A DNA stretch of 64,000 bases. Source: Tubulanus polymorphus. Lineage: Eukaryota; Animalia; Nemertea. Under the pieces are notes generated by a model that saw nothing but the letters and a program-made list of their open reading frames with translations, did no database searches and had not been told where the DNA came from. Below are positions 53,665-64,000 of the stretch, piece by piece (position 1 is the first letter of the stretch; each line of letters starts with the position of its first letter). Location of the stretch: the NCBI RefSeq assembly GCF_964204645.1, contig NC_134025.1, positions 22,610,299 through 22,674,298 on the forward strand. The letters run 5' to 3'. A program made the position numbers and the translations under genes.

Positions 53665-56600
53665 CTACATAACAATACAACAGTTTGATTGTCGCTGATG
53701 GAGGGCAATATCTTCAGCAGACAAAATTCCGGGAGTGGGCTCCGAGATTAATCCGCGATCACGCGTCGGTAACCGACGGTAACGTTTTTTCATGCGAAGA
53801 GACAATCGATGGCACTCGTGCACGTATTCGGCGTAACGCGAGTCGAGTTCGTGAGCGGTGGCCATCTGTCGTTCGCGGGCCGGTAACTCAATTGCCGTAG
53901 CACAGTCCATCGAACACGCCCAATGCTGGAACGGTACACACGTGTTGCCGAGATATGGATTGCGAAATGTTATCACTCTGTAACCTGAAACAATAAACAT
54001 CAAATGTGAAATCAATTGACGAAATTGGTTTAGATACTTAAGAGAGTTTATTCAGTGATGAATTATCAAAGTCCAGGGCCCAACAGATTGGTCATTCCTG
54101 GATATAAAGAGTTTTCATTCAAAAAGAACATTTAATATTTTCGAGGAAGTGTCAGCATCACTTTCATATCCCAATTGCAGTAGACTACTCAATCGGTACT
54201 GTTTATCTTGGTAAACCAGTAATTCGGTTCCAACTTGTCCAATTTAGGCGAAGTTTACCTTACAACTATAAACATTTCTAACTGTCTATTTCTCAAAATT
54301 GGTGGAAAGGAGTTTTGGGCATTTTACTCAAATTAAAGGAGTTTCGAGAAACTTATTTTTTTGTATTTTACTGTCTAGGAGTTTTTAAGGAATCAAGGAG
54401 GTGTATGGACCCTGAAGTCAATTGCCTGATTTAAGTGAATGAATTGTTTCAGTCGGCAATTTTTTCATTCATCCCAAAGATTCAGTTCCAATATTGGTTT
54501 TAACCGAAGACTGTTCTTGAACTTTTGATTACAATGGCTATAGAACCAGAATTAACCTAGACTGGGTATTCATTTTATATAGCCTTATAGGGTGGAACAC
54601 TTAATCTGGATAATTTGAGATCAATGAAAATTCTTCCAGTTAAAGAGAAATCTGATTAAATATCAAATTTTGCATACATTTATGTACAGGTAGACCATGA
54701 AAGGCATCTGGATTACATCAAAAACCGGATTAAGATCTGGAGTGAGCAAATAGTTGTGTGCACTATCATGCCAAGAAGTAGAATATATCAATCAAGATTC
54801 AAACATTATATTTTTGATCTGGCCTATAATATTCATTTCGAGAACATTCACCAATCGCTTGTATACTACTACTACCACTGCAACTTACCCGGTTGATTAA
54901 AAAATGTCGCCGAATTACAATTCTCGCAAATGTTGAACAGCGCGTAAATATCCGATAGATAGTCTTTTAATAACGAAGGCACATCGTCGTTGCAGAAGAA
55001 GTTCCACTTCGACGTGATCACAGATTTCGCGGCCAAAAACTGCAGCGTGTTCGGAACTTTCAACGGGAAATCCGAACCGGTGACGTTCAGCACGCGTTCG
55101 TTAACGTCTGTATGATACCACATAAACGTCGATTTGAAATAGTTGTGATTGCCATGGCGATAAACGGTTTCCAACGACGTGATCTGTTGCAGAAAACCGG
55201 GCAACGCGTCCAATAGATTATAGTCTAGAAGCAGCGTTTTCAACTGAGTGCAGAACGTCAGCGTGTACGGAATCGATTTGTTCTGCAGTTTATTGTTCGT
55301 CAACGCTAAGTATTGAAGTTTCGTCAGACGGCCGATGTCCGGCGGTATCACGTGTAGACAATTGAACCTCAGAGATAATCGCTCGATGCTCGTACACCGG
55401 AATATCTGAAAAGGGAAACACGAGAAAGATGGATATACGTACCGGAAAAAAACCTGTAACAGTGTAATCTAATAATAACACGGTCCCTAGAGTTAAGTCA
55501 TTCCTGGGTATAAGTTTTGAAGAAAATTTCATCTGCATCACTTTCATATCCCAATTACTGTAGACTCCTCTTAAATAGGCTACTACGTACTGTTTATCTC
55601 AGTAAACCATTAATTTGGTGGTTTTAAAAGCAAATTTTCATCCTTTCAAGACTACCTAAACTAGACTTCTAATTAGGCAAGAGCCTATTACTACAAGCTA
55701 ATTGCCTATTTCTCAAAATTGAAGGAGTTTCAGGTATTTTGCTCAAATGAAAGGAGTTATCTTATTGTTATGCACGCCATCTGGTGGTGCAGGGTCTTCA
55801 CTGGACCCTGTATCTTTCCAGGTTGGGAGTAAAGAAAGATTTATTTGTGCAATATAGATTGTTTCCTAAAAAGTAAGAAAATTCTTAAGTTTGACTCAAT
55901 TCTTGAAGGGTATTAATTCTACCATCGCTCACCTCAGTTGGCACAGTACATTCTTCTCTGTATTTTGCAATACCATCGAGATGCAGTTCCGTGAACTGAT
56001 GAGCATTCAGATAGTTGATCAGTAAATTTTCTGAAAAGAATTTTTCATATATAATTTTCAGCGAGTCGTCCATCAATCATCAAAGATGGATAGAACTTAT
56101 GCTAGTTTCGGTTAATTCTCTAGGCCCTATCCTTAAACAAGAAACATCTGACATTAATAAAGAGTTTGGTACAGGAGTCTGGTTACAAGTCAAAAATATT
56201 GTATTTATTCAATTTGCACTTCGTGACTCTAGCCAAATTATTATCATTTTCTTAGAAGATCCGAGCATATAAAACATACCTCTTATTCTGTGGAAAGCAA
56301 ATGTATTCTTCTTACTTTCTTCGACTTGTTCTTTAATGAAATTTAACAATCGGTCTCTCTTGAAGTCGAAAGCGACGGCCAAAAACCACAAACACAACGA
56401 AACATCCTGAAAAATACGAACGAGTCAAAAACCAATAATCGGTCATTCTGGTTTTATCACCAGCTTAACTTCAATTGATAATCATGTCAGTGGTACGAGC
56501 AACCTTGGTTAATCCACATCACTCGGGACTGAGATTTTAAGTAAGGATTAAGTGATATACAGATAGCAGATAATCCATCATTCAACAAATTAATTATATT

Positions 56601-58420
56601 AACAAATCCATATAAACTATAATCTAAGCACATAAACCAGTACAATAGTTGATTTACAGATGATTAAATTGTCTACTTAAAATGTGGCTACAATTAGGAC
56701 ACTTGCAAGCAATATAAAAACCAGGTACCATCAATAAATGGAGGAGCTTGAGACTATGACATTTATGGATTACTTCAGTGTTGTCGGAAGTTTCTCATAT
56801 TTCCCACAGACCCCAGATTACAGTTGTTTATATTCTTTTCACTACAAATGTATGTTCCCGATACAGCTAATATGGATTACATAAGGTCGAAATTGGACAA
56901 CAGGGCCGCGTATTTGTCTACGGAATAAGTGAAAATACTGATTATGGAGAGTACGGATTAGACACAGAATTTTAAAGGGAATAACGTAAAAACGTGACCA
57001 ATTTATGTAAACAGAATATCCAACAAGCAAATAAGCACTTATACAGTTCAACTAGGGACGGATTAACCACGGTTGACCGTACAAGTGCTCTACATTACAA
57101 GTATAACGAAAGCCAGGGATTATTGGGAACTGCATTATTTCTTCTAGCGGGTTTTATTTTTCTGAAACAACCTTGTTTCAGGGGTTTTAACCCAAGTCTA
57201 GTAGAGATCATTTGATTTGGTATTCAGACGACACAGAAATAGCATAATCCAAACTCTGTCTCACTCCTTGGGCTTTAGAAATTAAGGATAGTGGGCATTA
57301 CCTATAGACCATAGTTTTAAGGTCACCACTATAATATTGACTAATGTCGCAAGAGATGATATAACGAATCAATGCCTTAACTGGGGACTACGGCCGAGTG
57401 GTGGTTTAGGGACACGTCAACTCAGGCCTTTTTGAGCCGCAACAGCCGTTTTAATGACAGCACAGTTTGAGTTACAAGTAAGAAGTAATCTGCAACTCAT
57501 CAAAGAGAAAACAACAAGTAACGGACTATCGAGCTCGTAGCAAGATTGTGTTGGTGAGATTATTGGCATCGATGAGTCGAAACGAGGAGGAGAGTACCGT
57601 GACATCTTTTTTTAACAAGCATCACTGTCCATCACTAGCCTAGTTAGACTAATGTCTATTTATTAATTGATGAGACCTGTTTTTCTTGGATATTTTGCTT
57701 ACTTTTTGGGGTACATACCTCATTTATGTCTTAACAGAATGCCAAAAATCGCGGACAACAACTGAATATCCGATATATTTCCAGTTCTGTACCAATTAGA
57801 TGGATTGGCAAAAAGACTCCTTAAGTCCAGTTGAATGAGAGAGAAAATCCTCCATTTTGTCAAATTTCTTGGATTTGAACATTGTTACCATGCCTACGCC
57901 ACCCTGATTTAGTTGTTGAGACCCCACAAGAAAAATAACTTCATTTCGTAGGCATGGTGACAATGTAAAAATTCAAGAAATTTCACAAAATGGAGGATTT
58001 TCTCTCTCATTCAACTGGACTTAAGGAGTCTTTTTGCCAATCCATCTAAATGGTACAGAACTGGAAATATATCGGATATTCAGTTGTTGTCCGCGATTTT
58101 TGGCATTCTGTTAAGACATAAATGAGGTATGTACCCCAAAAAGTAAACAAAATATCCAAGAAAAACAGTTCTCATTCATTAATAAATAGACATTAGTTAG
58201 TATCAATCACTCACACAGTCAAACTGAAACTTACTGCGGGCAGAGACATTCCCGAACGTTCTTTCAACAGATCATATTTGTTGATCCATTCAAACCAGAA
58301 ATTTATGTCTGTTTTAAGCTTGACTAAAAGAAGTAGCTCGTAGCCTTGTAAATCCACCGAGCGGTGATGTTTGGCAGTAATATTCGTGTCATCTTCCTCA
58401 ACCTTTTCGAGTTCTGCCAT
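53665..58420 (-). CDS. Leucine-rich-repeat protein, LRRC58/LRRC28-like (LRR + BC-box-like + Cys motif) with C-terminal CaaX, about 415 aa
   Basis: Minus-strand exons 58420-58235, 56406-56280, 56030-55933, 55405-54889, 53984-53665 join in frame (1248 nt). LRRs IERLSLRFNCLHVIPPDIGRLTKLQYLALTNNKL and LKTLLLDYNLLDALP; VPNTLQFLAAKSV; CENC..VPFQHWACSMDC; ends SNCCIVM-stop. Confidence 0.85.
54074..54414. mobile_element. Family F, copy 2 (5-bp TSD)
   Basis: AAGTC|CAGGGCCC..GGACCCTG|AAGTC. A third, degenerate copy at about 55480-55810 shares GTCATTCCTGG and GCATCACTTTCATATCCCAATT. Confidence 0.75.
57648..58197. mobile_element. Fold-back element / long inverted repeat (251-bp arms, 48-bp spacer)
   Basis: 57648-57898 is the near-perfect reverse complement of 57947-58197 (ACTAATGTCTATTTATTAAT..CATGCCTACG / CGTAGGCATG..ATTAATAAATAGACATTAGT), with TAG on both flanks. 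Lies in intron 1 of the LRR gene. Confidence 0.9.
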
Positions 58421-59012
58421 TTTTGTGATTTTTGCCGTACGCTGCTGCCACCTATATGGAATACACCAATTAAGTATCGACATAGACCGTCTTGCATGTT
58501 GGCTAACGGGCGGGCCGCACGCGCCGGGACACTTAGTAGCACACGCGAAAAACTTCCGAACTAGTTTTCCTTATAATAATCTTATGAAACCTCCAAATCA
58601 TATAAAGTTGTGAACATTTAGGCTATTGTCTCTAATCAACATGAGTTTAAGATTACCAGCTGCCTCGGGGCTCGGCCCGGGCTCTTTTACAGCCCCTTCG
58701 TGTGGCCCAAAGGGCCGTAGTTATTGACTCGATTATCAAAAACCTGATATTAATTTAATTCGACCTTGCTACAGAGTATATTAGCTCGGAGAGAAAATGT
58801 CTTTTTAGAACTCAAATCGATCGTACGTCACCCGCGCGCGCCGGGGCCAAGTTCGGAAATAACCTGAATATCAGCTTGATTTCATGTGACTGAACTCAAC
58901 ATTGCTTTTGTCACAACACGGCCAGCAGGTACGCGTGTACTGCACTACAAGTAAGGGCCTTAATCACCTGATATCGCAGTGGTCATATCTAATCTTTGTT
59001 ATGCCGAATGCG

Positions 59013-59047
59013 TATAAATATATCAGTGCCAGGGAAATGATCCACTT
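59013..59047 (+). promoter_or_regulatory. TATA box and Inr-like element of the PLB1-like gene
   Basis: TATAAATA at 59013-59020; CCACTT with its A at 59044, 31 nt downstream and 62 nt before the ATG at 59106. Confidence 0.55.
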
Positions 59048-59105
59048 ACATAATCTGGACGGCCTGACCAGGATATTTCAGAAACAACATAAGAAGAAGT
59101 AAGAC

Positions 59106-62100
59106 ATGGTACGGCGTTTCCTGATTTTAGCAGTGGTGATAGCCGTTTGGACACCCGTATTTACCAGCGGTAAGACAATATACAATAATTACATTCAAAA
59201 TCAAAATTACTGGCTTTTTAGGCTTATTTGCAATATCACTTCTTGTTTGCCGTATTTGAGTGTACAAAGCTATAGACTACGGTGTCAGACTATTCTTTTA
59301 GACCGGTCTGGAAAGCGTTCTCATTTTTAAAAGTCAATGTAGAGCGTTGCTCAATTGTATCCGTTCACGCGCCTGCAAAAAATGACAGTAAAAAATTATC
59401 GCAGATATTCAAAAAATTTTCTCAATCTAGATTCATTCTCACGAAAGCTGCTATTGGCTTTGGAAAAAATACAGAGCAATGATACTTTAATTGACGCGTT
59501 TGAAGCACACGTCCGATTAGGTCAAGAAAAAAAACGCCAGGTACGTATTCCAAAAAAATTGATTTACAACCTTCGCGAAAATGAATAGTTAAGTTTCAAC
59601 AATTTTCTCTTAAATTGTCTAAGCTAATGTAATAAAATCCTTCAAAATATGAAGATTGATGGCTAACTTCTCTAAAAGAAAAGCTTTTCCCTAGATTTTG
59701 TAATAAATTATTCGTAAGTGGACGCTCTCACTTTCTCGATTCCAATCCAAGAGGTCAATCGTTCTTTGTGCAAAGTATATTCGTTACGTTTCAAAAGATT
59801 GAATCCGTAAGAGCGACCTTGAAAATTGTTTGAATGAACTCGTTAAAATCTTGTACGTTGGATTCACGCCAAATATTTTTGCGCACAAACATGCATTGCC
59901 TTGGTCGCGGGTAAATTTACGGTTGGACACAGTTGGACAGTTTAGAAAGAATTATAAGCTTTTAAGCCAAGCTTAATTTAAAGATCGAATCTACATTGGT
60001 TTTCTGCATTCGCCCACATAAATCTTATCAGAAAGAAACAATAGGTAGATAAGATCACAACTTTGATGACCGAAAATCAATTAAAGGTCATCGAATATCC
60101 AAAGATATCTATCATCAGGCGGAATTAATAAACACATGCTAGTGTAGTAGTTTTTGTCTAAAATTGAACTCTTAGAAATCAAAATCAATTTGCAGACCAG
60201 ATTGGTAGCGGCTAATACGTGGCCATGTCCATTACCGAAAGACCAAAGTGATGTTCCTACATCAGGTATAAACATATTATATGCATTTCAATAACATATA
60301 ACAGCGTCCATGTAATTCTTCACCTTCCGTTTCTGGTAATTTACATTCTAGATCTGATCTAATTTCAATATATCATCTTTCAGTTCACAGACTCAAACCC
60401 CGTGATGTGAAAGTGATCGGGGCTATAGGTGATTCTATCACCGCCGGAAACGGACTCAATGCTTGGACCGTTATCGGCCTTCTTATTCAATACCGGGGAT
60501 ATTCCTGGAGGTATAGTATTCGCGTACTAGAAACGATCGATTTTTAAGACAGTTTATGATGAAATATTTCAATGAAGTTATTAATTTCTAGCATTGGTGG
60601 TGATAAGAAATATCCATCCGTCCCAACATTGGCAAGTACGTCTTCAGATTTGATATACTGAAGTGATTCTCAGTGAAGAAGTTGTTATGATATGATCCAA
60701 ATGTGTTCGTATCAGATTAGATACATTGATCAAAATTGATAATTTATGGAATAATTTCAGATTTTCTACGACTTTATAATCCGGATATCACGGGTTACTC
60801 GCTGAAAACCGGGAGTGCTACTTCTAGATACGCCAATTTGAATGTCGCCGTTCCTGGATCAAAAGCCATGTACGTCTCAGATTATCATCTTTCACAGAAC
60901 TTATTTCAGTTTTACTTTGATGCAACAGCGGGGTGGATTCAGGGGGTGGTCTCGGGAGTCCAGACCCCTGCCTGCCCAATGAGTTAGCCTTTTTCGTAAA
61001 GACCGAGATTGTCAAGCAAATTTGACAATCATTCTCACGCGGGATATTGCATCTCTTCTCCGATGGATTTCTTAAAGAATATCTAGCCCCAAGGGTGGGA
61101 ACCACCAAGTGCATTACAAATGGCTGCTTTATCCAAGAAATACCTCTTCCCGCTTCCATGTCTAGAACCGCCTCTGTAAACCGTTAACAAAAATCTAATT
61201 CGCAAGTAATCATTCGCTTATTTTCTACTTAAGTGACATGCCAGGCCAGGCGCGAGTGCTCGTCGACAAAATGAAAAGGGACTCTTCAATAGACTTTCAG
61301 AACGATTGGAAAATCATTACTTTATTCATTGGCGGTAATGATTTGTGCGATTCGTGTGACGACAAGGTAATGATGTTGAAATCGATGTAGCGATTTCGAT
61401 AAATTGTTTATATTTATGTTCAGCGTTAGTTTTTTTTCGGACGACATATTGAAATTGTAACATTTTTTAGGATATGTACGCCCCTGCTAAATACATCGGC
61501 TATATTCGAGACGCGCTGGATGTATTTCACGCGGAGGTCCCGCGGGCATTCGTCAATCTGGTTGAAATATTAGATGTGTCGGCCCTGAGTGAAGTACGCA
61601 ATGGACTTATTTGCCCGGTCCTCCATTCGTAAGTATACCCTATGGCATCGACGAGGACCGAGATGGATTACAAATCTTGTCAAATATTCAATATTCAAAT
61701 ATTCAACTGTTGTAGAATAATTATATTTCAAACGAAATTAGTTTCTTTTTAGTAAAAAAAAAAAAAATTATTAAAAAAGAAAAAAGATAATTCTTAATGA
61801 AAAAAATTATTCCCGTGGTCTACGTAATCATTCGGATGTTATACTGGGTAGCTTCCGATGATTATTGTCACTTATCTCAAACTTTACTCTTTCATGTATA
61901 CGCAGATTCCTGTGCGCCTGCGCTTCATATCCAGCCAACGCTCAGGCCGAGGAAGACCTTAAGAATCTTGTAAAATCCTACCAACGGGAAACGCGGGATC
62001 TAGTCGCGTCCGGTCGCTACGATACGAAGGATGATTTCACGGTGGTTCTGCAACCATTTTTCCGCGACACGAAACCGCCGCTGAATTCCAGAGTAAGAAT

Positions 62101-62877
62101 TTGTCAGTCTACCAACAAGATTCGTGCCGTTGCAATTTTCGACGCTTCTTCCTGCATTTTATACGCATTTTCTCCATTTCAGGGCAAACCAGATTTGTCG
62201 TATTTTGCGCCCGACTGCTTCCATTTCAGCGATTTAGGACACGCCGCTGCTGCCGAGGCTTTGTGGAATAACATGGTATACTCGCTTGAAAAAATGCTGA
62301 AAAGGTTTTTTTCCATATATAGATTATTCATATATCCCCCTTCCATTTCTTGATAGGTTGAACCGGAGGGTGAAAAAAGAACTGACTGGAAACTCGGAGA
62401 ACCATTGGAATGCCCGGAATCGGTAAAGTTCGTTCTAACCAGAAATACGCAAATGATTCCTCATAATCCTAAGCTTACAATCACTTGGAAAAACTTAGCA
62501 ATTTTCTGCACTAGAAAAGTCGATATATTCATTTGAAATGTTTGTCCGTGTTTCAGAGTTTTCCGTATTTTTCCACATCGAAAAACAACGATCAGGTGAA
62601 GGCTGCCCGAGCGGCTACTGTCGCCGCTGGGAAATTCGGCGTTTCTCGTAACGCCAGACCTTCGCTATTGCGCGCACAACAGGAATCGTCCGAATCCACC
62701 GATCACTCTTCGTCAAGCTTTACCGGAGGCGTAATAGGCGGGGTAGTTCTTCTCGTCTGTCTGGCCGGAATCATTTTCGGGGTAGTTTTGTACCGCCGTC
62801 GAACGAACCGCGCGAGGTCGTCGTCGATCTTAAAAGATTCGGCGGCGAATACCGTTACATATTCTAATTTCATGTGA
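59106..62877 (+). CDS. PLB1: Phospholipase B1-like, membrane-associated (single SGNH/GDSL lipase domain, type I membrane protein), about 493 aa
   Basis: Exons 59106-59169, 59431-59540, 60196-60265, 60384-60510, 60592-60635, 60761-60869, 61234-61366, 61471-61628, 61906-62092, 62183-62275, 62357-62422, 62557-62877 (1482 nt, in frame). Signal peptide [15 protein letters not shown]; [25 protein letters not shown] (catalytic Ser), [51 protein letters not shown] (Asp/His); TM helix [23 protein letters not shown] followed by RRR. Confidence 0.93.
60926..61176. mobile_element. Degenerate MITE with CAGGGGCGGATCCAG-like ends in a PLB1 intron
   Basis: CAGCGGGGTGGATTCAGGGGG..CTAGAACCGCCTCTG; related terminus CTGGATCCGCCCCTG at 2676-2690. 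Confidence 0.5.
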
Positions 62878-64000
62878 ATATAATAAATATTGTTGTGATA
62901 TATATAATCCGTGTAAAATCCTGTTATGTTGATCTACATTTCATATGGTGCTAGGAAATTTAGCATTTATTATTTCAATGTCATGTTAACTTTGTGTTTA
63001 TAGATCTAAATTTTGTATAAATTTCATTTCGAAGATCGGTTTGCGATATCATATCATTTCAACGTGTCCGACTAGAAGACACTTGTATTTGAAACCATTC
63101 GATTATTTAATAAATACTAAAAATCTACGAACACTGTGCCGTGAAGCTTATTTTTTCGGAATTTCATTATCAAAGTGGAGTTTGTGTTCATCAGTCTTAC
63201 GGTCAGTCGCACCTGACAACGACCCGCTGCATTTATTTGTTTCTTTTTAAAAAATGTCACTACTCTCTGATCTAGTGTTATGTAAAACAAACAAACCAAA
63301 AATATTTTGTGAAACTAAAAAAGCATTCTTGTTATATAACACTATATATTCAAGTGTTCTTTTACTTACGTATCTCTAGTTTTTTCAAAAAAAGTGTATT
63401 GCTTTTCGAAACCATTTATCCGAGATACGGATGTTTATTTTCTCGAATTCCCGTCGTGACAATAAATTCATATCTGTCACGACACGGGGCGATTTATAGG
63501 TCGGAATTTGAACACATCGAGACAAGTGTTTCTCAACAAAAAGGACGAAATAAAACCTGTCGGATGTAGGAAATGTATTAGTCGAAGGATTAACGCAAAA
63601 CAGAAAACTGTCGCGCGCGCAGCCATGGTGACATGTATCTATTCTACTTTGCCGACGAAAAGTAAACGTGTTTTCACCGAGTCTATACACAACGACTCGT
63701 TACTAATCGACTTAAGCGGCTCTTGTCGCGTAAATATGACAACAGCTGTATCACGTTAAAGAATGGCACCGAGAAAGAAACATATCTTTTTACATTGTGA
63801 CCGTAATAACGGGAATTAATTTCACACTGCGTCGCTCATATTCATGTATTTTGACGTATTCGCTTAAGTAGCGGTGACGAATGCACATTAAATGTCTACA
63901 GGACTGGTACTGGCGTGTAGTTTCGGCGCGCGATCGCGTAGCCATGTGTGAAATCAAACATATCTAAACACGGTACAAGTCCGCGCACAAGCTGCCGGTA

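Overview
AT-rich, intron-rich animal genomic DNA. The protostome microRNA miR-12 and lophotrochozoan-type miR-216 sequences point to a spiralian invertebrate. Four spliced protein-coding genes were reconstructed by hand from GT-AG junctions with consistent phases: (1) kindlin/fermitin (+, 11 coding exons, 7786-15039; first coding exon not found, probably upstream of the window); (2) the golgin TRIP11/GMAP-210 (+, about 26 exons, 17853-50669, about 2435 aa, one 3.37-kb exon); (3) an LRRC58/LRRC28-like LRR + BC-box + Cys-motif protein ending in a CaaX box (-, 5 exons, 58420-53665, about 415 aa); (4) a single-domain, membrane-anchored phospholipase B1-like SGNH lipase (+, 12 exons, 59106-62877, about 493 aa), head-to-head with gene 3. 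The main signal invisible to the ORF track is a microRNA cluster (mir-216, mir-216, mir-12, plus a possible fourth hairpin) in a late TRIP11 intron, echoing the Drosophila mir-283/304/12 cluster in Gmap. Introns also carry several MITE families (3-bp, TTAA and 5-bp target duplications), a 550-bp fold-back element, a tRNA-derived SINE-like element, a 4x94-bp minisatellite and (TA)n tracts. All exon boundaries and family assignments were made by eye, without database searches.
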